The notes under the pieces were generated by a model that saw only the letters and a list, made by a program, of their open reading frames with translations, was not told the origin of the DNA and made no database searches. DNA of 64,000 nt from Acidobacteriota bacterium (GTDB taxonomy: Bacteria; Acidobacteriota; UBA6911), in assembly GCA_963664705.1 (NCBI GenBank), contig OY761556.1, positions 1,824,001-1,888,000 of the forward strand, read 5' to 3'. Shown here in pieces: positions 58,423 through 64,000 of the stretch. Within the stretch, counting starts at the first letter, position 1; the number at the start of each line of letters is the position of its first letter. Position numbers and translations under genes: made by a program.

Positions 58423-59415
58423 CTATTGCCTGTCGCGGCCGGGAAGGCGACGGATGAAATCCCTACGAGTGTTCCCGCTATTTGAGGATTCGTAGGTCAA
58501 TCCGACTGCATCCAAAAACCTGGCTGCCCGTCCCGTCAAACCCACGGCCCTGTTTCCTTGGGGAACCGTGACCTGAAAATCGGACCGTCCACCCTGGCCG
58601 CCAAAAACCTGGGATGTGCGTCGGTTTGTAACAAAAGCCAGGGAGTCGACGTAATCACCGAAACGGCCGGTTATGCCGGTAATATATTCATCACGATCCA
58701 GGCGAAAGACGCTGGTGCGTCCGCCGGTGCCTCCATGGCGAGGACCTTCCTGTGTGCGTCCATCGCGGAGGATATAGACAAACTGGACAGAATCGACCAC
58801 ATCGGCTGACTGGATGCGAATCTCCGAGATCCTGGCGCCCTCCGGAATATCTCGATCAGAGAAGGCGGAACCGCCGCGGCCGCCATAAATCTGTGTGTCC
58901 ATGCGCCTGGCAATCGGGGCAACGATAAGGCCGATGGCATCCAGATATTTTGCGCCGCGTCCGGCAATCCCTACGGCCTGAAATCCAGACTGAGTATCGA
59001 TTCTGTAATCTCTTCTGCCTCCCGACCCGCCGAATCGGGGCGATGTTCTCTTGTTGGTTTGGATCGAGATGGAGTCAAGATAGTCGCCGTAGCGGCCGGA
59101 AATCCCCATGATATATTCATCGCGATCAAGGCGAAAGACACTCTCTTTGCCGTTTGGGCCGCCAAAGCGCTGGCCGAAAATAGTTTTCCCTTCCGGAAGC
59201 TCATACCAGAGCTGTATTGCGTCCACCCAATCTCCGGAGAAAACATGGACCTCGACGATTCGTCCCCCGGCCTGAAGCATGGTCTCGGAAAAGCTATTGC
59301 CCCCGGTGCCGCCGTAAATGTCGGTCTGGCTGGATTCCTGACCGACGCAAAGCGCAACCACTCCCAAAAGCAGAATCAAAACAAGCCACATGGTTTTTTG
59401 AAACGAGAGGCTCAT
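58423..59415 (-). CDS. Secreted protein with two tandem jacalin-like lectin domains
   Basis: Internal duplication of IYGG.GG..FS, FRLDRDEYI.GI.GR.GDY.DS, FGG.GG, GR....LDA.G; signal peptide from 59415. Confidence 0.85.
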   Translation of the reverse strand: MSLSFQKTMWLVLILLLGVVALCVGQESSQTDIYGGTGGNSFSETMLQAGGRIVEVHVFSGDWVDAIQLWYELPEGKTIFGQRFGGPNGKESVFRLDRDEYIMGISGRYGDYLDSISIQTNKRTSPRFGGSGGRRDYRIDTQSGFQAVGIAGRGAKYLDAIGLIVAPIARRMDTQIYGGRGGSAFSDRDIPEGARISEIRIQSADVVDSVQFVYILRDGRTQEGPRHGGTGGRTSVFRLDRDEYITGITGRFGDYVDSLAFVTNRRTSQVFGGQGGRSDFQVTVPQGNRAVGLTGRAARFLDAVGLTYESSNSGNTRRDFIRRLPGRDRQ

Positions 59416-59499
59416 GGAGTCATTCCCCCAAATATGTCTTTTTGCCCAAGTGCCCTTTGAAGGGCAAACCGCATCGATTGACTGCAAAATCCTTTTTCG

Positions 59500-59513
59500 A
59501 ATGTTATAACATT
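59500..59513. promoter_or_regulatory. Perfect palindrome AATGTTATAACATT, candidate operator
   Basis: Overlaps a TGn-TATAAC -10-like element between the divergent lectin and sodC genes. Confidence 0.5.
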
Positions 59514-59613
59514 ATTCGCTTATGGAGTTTACCCAAAACGGGGGGGCTGTACCATACGGGACCTCGTTGTTTTCTCTGCGTAATCACGGAAAAACAAATT
59601 CTCTGGAGGGCAT

Positions 59614-60150
59614 ATGAATCGATGGGTGGCTGTTGTGGTTGCGATTACTGTTCTGGTATGTATGGCCGCGGCTCTTGGCGCAGCCGCAGCCTCGAAAGAA
59701 GCGGTAGCGGTTGTGAGCCCGGCTTCGGGGAGCACCTGCAAAGGCATTGTTCGCATTACCCAGGAAGGCTCTTCGGTGAAAATTGTGGCGGATCTTGAGG
59801 GGTTGGCGCCCGGAAGCAAGCATGCCTTCCATGTGCATGAATTTGGTGACTGCAGTGCGCCGGATGCCACGAGCGCCGGAACTCATTATGACCCTGCGCA
59901 GACAAAACACCACGGGATGCCGAATGACAAGATGGGCCATGCAGGCGATATGGGCAATATTGAAGCTGATGGCTCCGGCAAAGCGCATTATGAGCTGAGC
60001 TTGCAGGGCGCGACCATCGATGGTCCGGATTCTCCCGTTTTAGGCCGGGCTGTAATTGTGCACGCAAATGCAGATGATTTTGGTCAGCCGGTGGGAAATG
60101 CCGGCGGGCGCATCGGCTGCGGCGTGATCGGGATTGCAAAACCGAAATAG
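59614..60150 (+). CDS. sodC: Periplasmic Cu/Zn superoxide dismutase
   Basis: FHVHE.GDC, GTHYDP, HG, HAGDMGN, IVHA, GGRIGCG; signal peptide; GGAGG RBS. Confidence 0.95.
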   Translation: MNRWVAVVVAITVLVCMAAALGAAAASKEAVAVVSPASGSTCKGIVRITQEGSSVKIVADLEGLAPGSKHAFHVHEFGDCSAPDATSAGTHYDPAQTKHHGMPNDKMGHAGDMGNIEADGSGKAHYELSLQGATIDGPDSPVLGRAVIVHANADDFGQPVGNAGGRIGCGVIGIAKPK

Positions 60151-60173
60151 CGGAAACGGACGACTCCCGTTTC

Positions 60174-60205
60174 AGGAAAGGGTTCTGGGCTCAGAATCCT
60201 TTCCT
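60174..60205. terminator. Hairpin between convergent genes, possible bidirectional terminator
   Basis: aggaaagggttctg-ggct-cagaatcctttcct, preceded by a second small hairpin at 60153-60173. Confidence 0.7.
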
Positions 60206-60217
60206 TGTTTGACGCAT

Positions 60218-61216
60218 CTAGCCGGCATTCAGCAGGATGTCCATCACCGTTAAGGATTCGGCAAGAACCGGAACCGGGGATGATTCCAGGCCCGCTGCCA
60301 TTCGCAAAGTTTGCCGGGTTATTTCCACATATCCTTCCAGCCAACCCAAGCCGTGGAACGGAGAGGAGCCGCTGGATTCGTTCGGACCCTGGCGTCGAAT
60401 AATGGTGGTCCGGTTTCCAACCCCATATTCGATTTCATCCGGCTGGAGAAACCTCCAGGTAGCAGCTCCTTTGGTTCCTATGACCGTGTATTCGAAGTTG
60501 TTGGAAGCCCCGTGGACAGTCTTGGAAATGGAAGCCATTGCACGTCTGTCGCCGGAGAATCTCAGAAGCAGGTGCACATGCGTATCGCGATAGGATGCCG
60601 GTGAATTTTGGTAGGAAACCCAGCATTTAGTTTCCGTGGGCTTCTCTGCCATCAGATGCAGGCACATATCCACGACATGACTGCCCAGGTCGGTCAGAGT
60701 GTCGGATGGACCGCTCAGCTTTTGATCATTCTTCCATGCGCGTTTTTCGGGCGCGGCACTCAGCGCAGCCTGGGCACTGGATGACTGCCAATACCTGCAT
60801 TCGAAGCTAAAGACATCGCCGAGTTGACCGGAATCTATCATTTCCTTGATGGTCTTTGTGCCCCACATAGCCCTGTAGCCATGAAAAACGGTTACCGGAG
60901 CGTCGATGCTTTGAAGCAGCGGAATCTCCTCCGGTCTGACGCACACGGGTTTGTCGGCAGCGATGGCGCTAAACTTCGCCTGCGCCGCTTCGACAATCCG
61001 TTGCGCGTGGAGTCCGCTGGGATTGGCAATAAACGCCACATCCACCGATTGGCCGGAGCGGCAGGCTTCGAGAGACTCCTCGCGGTTTATCAGTTGCACT
61101 GGAAGAATGTTCAGTTCCGGATCCATCTGAGAAACAATGGACAAGCTCTTCAGTATTGCCTGTCCTGCCATGCCTCGCCCGATAACAATGGGAGTGATCG
61201 CAATTTTTGCCGTCAT
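60218..61216 (-). CDS. Gfo/Idh/MocA family oxidoreductase
   Basis: IGRGMAG, NP..LH, DKP (variant of EKP), DLGSH..D. Confidence 0.85.
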   Translation of the reverse strand: MTAKIAITPIVIGRGMAGQAILKSLSIVSQMDPELNILPVQLINREESLEACRSGQSVDVAFIANPSGLHAQRIVEAAQAKFSAIAADKPVCVRPEEIPLLQSIDAPVTVFHGYRAMWGTKTIKEMIDSGQLGDVFSFECRYWQSSSAQAALSAAPEKRAWKNDQKLSGPSDTLTDLGSHVVDMCLHLMAEKPTETKCWVSYQNSPASYRDTHVHLLLRFSGDRRAMASISKTVHGASNNFEYTVIGTKGAATWRFLQPDEIEYGVGNRTTIIRRQGPNESSGSSPFHGLGWLEGYVEITRQTLRMAAGLESSPVPVLAESLTVMDILLNAG

Positions 61217-61237
61217 GCATTTCCTTTCCGCGGGTGG

Positions 61238-64000
61238 CTATTCCGAATGCAAAGCCGCAATAAGTGGGGTTCGAAGCGCTGCAATGACCGCAACAAGGGA
61301 AGATAGAAGCCCGACGATCAATACGGACAGGATCATCAGTCCCGAAACGGTCAATGGAATCGAGGTTCCCCGTGTCTGAAGCGCAGGAATAACCGCCAGG
61401 AGCGCGCACCCGGAGCCTGCAGCCAGGCTCCAGAACAATAAAACCACATTCTCAAAGAGGATAATTCCGGCCAGGACTCTATGGGAGAATCCGGTGGCGC
61501 GCAAAAGAGCCAATTCCTTTCTGCGCTCCAGAATATTGCGAAGAAGGATGGCGGCCAACCCTGCCGTTCCGAGAATGAGTCCTAACGCGCCAAGAGACTG
61601 AAAGGTGGATAAATATGTATTTTCGACGCGGTGGTAAGCGGCGAGACGTTCCTGCGTCGAATCCACACTCACGCCCCAATCGGAAAGGGCTTCCTGCACC
61701 GGCTTCCTTAGATTCGCTGCCTGGTTTTGGGGCAGGTCGAGTAAAAAGAAGCTATAGCCTTGATGCTCGGGGAATAGCTTCAAAAAAGATGCCTCAGCAA
61801 TAAGTACCTCTCCCTGGAATATGCTGTCCCGCAAGGCCGCGACCAGTCGAAGTCGAACGGCCTGCCCATTATCGCCACGTACTTCAATTTCGCTGCCGAG
61901 GGATCGATGAAGAATATATTGAATCGTGTTTGCATCGGCAATCGCCGGGATTACCGATGCGTCCTTCGATTTTTCGAGCAGCAGCCATGGATTTTTCTTT
62001 TCGGCCTCGTTATCCGCCAGTGAGCTCTGAAATGAAAAGCGGTCGGAGGTGATAAAGGAGTGCTGCGCGCCAAGAATCCTCAGCTCCTGGGGGGCATACA
62101 GATTCAGACAGCTCGCATCATCGCCGGGACGCTCGCGGAAAGGGATGAAATTCACATGGGTCTCGCCGGCCGCAGACAGTCCGATGGCTTCACGTCCCTC
62201 TTCTGTATTTGGATTGTGCACAATAGGAATGGCGGCCTCGGCCATTAGTGGAAATCCTCCCGTTCCTGACTGAGGAGACAGCTCAACCTCCTGCGGGTTT
62301 TGCCGAAATGCTTCCATGGAGATGATAATGAAGGTTGCTGAGGCGATGAGCGTTGCACAGACCAGGCTTCGGCCCGGCCGATAGGTAGCATTCCTGATGC
62401 CCAAGCGCGCGAAGGCGCGCCAGCCGGATCCATGGATCCACCCGGATCGCCTGCGCCGAAGATACAGCGCGGTCCAGCACAGGGAAGTAATAAGCCCGAG
62501 AAATCCGGAACCGAAAAAGCCTTCCATCTGTGGGATTATCCGGAGTGTCGAACCCGCCAGAAAGAGGATGGAGAACAGGGAGAATAGAATGGCCGTGACC
62601 CAAAGAGCTTTGGTGCTACGTGGGCGGGATCCGGCGGATTCCAGGATTCCGGAGAGCAGCGATCGAGGCGAATGATGACGCAAGCGCCGCAGCGTCCAAA
62701 GAACAGCACAAAGGGAGAACGCGATTCCTGAGGCAATTCCGGCCATTAAGCCGCCCCAGGAAAGGTGAAGCGAGATGCGCTGGGTACCAACCGCCCCAAC
62801 CCACCATGTGCGCAACCCGAACACCATGAGCCAACCATAAAGCAGTGATCCGGCAAGACCCAGCAGGCTGCCCAGAAGAGACAGGAATAGGCCTTCGGTC
62901 AGAAAAATCCTTCGAAGCACAGTGATCGGATACCCTGTGGCCCGAAGAATACCGATTTCCCTGGCTCGCTGTTCGATCATGAGTTTGAAAAACAGAGCCG
63001 ACAGGATGATGGCGGCAATAATCAGGAATGAGCTGAAATAGAGAAAATATTCGCCAAAGTCTGTCGATCCTCTGGATGCGTCCGCGCCCTGACGGCGGAT
63101 GTCGGCGACCGAAAAACCGCTTTGTTGCGGATCAAGTTTTTCAAGCAGAGCTTTTGCAAACTGCTGACGCTCCGTGTCCAGCATCGCGGCCTGCGGAATC
63201 GCTATTCGTATGGCGGTCAGCTTCCCAAAACGGTTACCCCACAGAACCTGTCCCTGTTGCAGCGGAATAAAGGCCTTGGGGGTTGCCCGATGCTGATTCC
63301 AGAAATCCTCATCCTCGCGTCTGATGCGGCTGAGGTCCAAAGGGAAGGGGGGATCCCACGCGCTGAGGCTTTTGGCTTCCGTTATGCCAGGGATTTGCGG
63401 TGCAAAGGATGAATCGATATTTTTGGAAAACGGTAGAATTCCAGCCAAGCGAAATCGTGTCGTTCGCGTGGAAAGCTGCCCTGATTCCAACCAGAGATAG
63501 TAGTCAACCTCGACCGCGCTTCCAGTCGACACTCCCAGGTCACGGGCCGCCCAATCCGTAAGCCAGATGGGCTTGAGTGAATTGGATGCGGATGAAAGAT
63601 CGGACGGTGGATTCGCCTCAAAGGTCAAAGAGCCCGGATCCGCCGCAGTGATCACCGAGTAGGGGATCTCACGATTGTTGGCCCGCAGAGAATTGGCAAG
63701 GTACGTGTATATGGGCGCGCATTGAATCCTGCGGGTTGAGGCGACTTCGAACGCGGATCGAGCGATCGCGTCATCCAAAACAATGCGATCGCTTTCAAGG
63801 GAGAACCCGTTGCCCTGCGGAAGGTTTTGAAGGCGAAGGCCGAGATCTGAAAGTGTGGATTGTGTTTTCAGGCTGTTAATAATTGCGGGCATTTCGGAGG
63901 GGAGATCCGTGGGCCGTCTTCCGTTTGCATGCTCAGGCCCGCTTCCGGCAAGCAGAATGGCATTTATACGGGAAAGTTGTGCGAGATCCTTTTGCATGCG
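61238..64000 (-). CDS. Large FtsX/MacB-type ABC transporter permease, N-terminus outside the window
   Basis: Two permease repeats (EQRAREIGILRATG and ERRKELALLRATG) with large periplasmic loops. Confidence 0.9.
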   Translation of the reverse strand, partial: RMQKDLAQLSRINAILLAGSGPEHANGRRPTDLPSEMPAIINSLKTQSTLSDLGLRLQNLPQGNGFSLESDRIVLDDAIARSAFEVASTRRIQCAPIYTYLANSLRANNREIPYSVITAADPGSLTFEANPPSDLSSASNSLKPIWLTDWAARDLGVSTGSAVEVDYYLWLESGQLSTRTTRFRLAGILPFSKNIDSSFAPQIPGITEAKSLSAWDPPFPLDLSRIRREDEDFWNQHRATPKAFIPLQQGQVLWGNRFGKLTAIRIAIPQAAMLDTERQQFAKALLEKLDPQQSGFSVADIRRQGADASRGSTDFGEYFLYFSSFLIIAAIILSALFFKLMIEQRAREIGILRATGYPITVLRRIFLTEGLFLSLLGSLLGLAGSLLYGWLMVFGLRTWWVGAVGTQRISLHLSWGGLMAGIASGIAFSLCAVLWTLRRLRHHSPRSLLSGILESAGSRPRSTKALWVTAILFSLFSILFLAGSTLRIIPQMEGFFGSGFLGLITSLCWTALYLRRRRSGWIHGSGWRAFARLGIRNATYRPGRSLVCATLIASATFIIISMEAFRQNPQEVELSPQSGTGGFPLMAEAAIPIVHNPNTEEGREAIGLSAAGETHVNFIPFRERPGDDASCLNLYAPQELRILGAQHSFITSDRFSFQSSLADNEAEKKNPWLLLEKSKDASVIPAIADANTIQYILHRSLGSEIEVRGDNGQAVRLRLVAALRDSIFQGEVLIAEASFLKLFPEHQGYSFFLLDLPQNQAANLRKPVQEALSDWGVSVDSTQERLAAYHRVENTYLSTFQSLGALGLILGTAGLAAILLRNILERRKELALLRATGFSHRVLAGIILFENVVLLFWSLAAGSGCALLAVIPALQTRGTSIPLTVSGLMILSVLIVGLLSSLVAVIAALRTPLIAALHSE

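Overview
Gene-dense chromosomal window with about 49 CDS and one tRNA-Asp, and no recognisable phage, transposase or CRISPR array. Three Acidobacteria-type VWA proteins, PQQ-like propellers and an Ig/OmpA protein suggest Acidobacteriota. Hcp, a glycyl-radical enzyme and rubrerythrin-like proteins suggest an anaerobe (both are inferences). Main candidates for an undescribed system: (1) a translationally coupled operon of an ATP-grasp/methyltransferase fusion, a YdjC deacetylase and a GT4 glycosyltransferase, the last two resembling the human orphan enzymes YDJC and GLT1D1; (2) a Cache-domain histidine kinase, a stand-alone receiver and a receiver fused to a formate/nitrite channel, followed by a porin and an unassigned glycyl-radical enzyme; (3) a periplasmic redox operon with two PQQ-like propellers, an NHL propeller, a Tat polyferredoxin and a NapH-like membrane protein. 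A modular palindromic repeat family occurs at three intergenic sites. All family calls come from reading motifs by eye; no database search was run.
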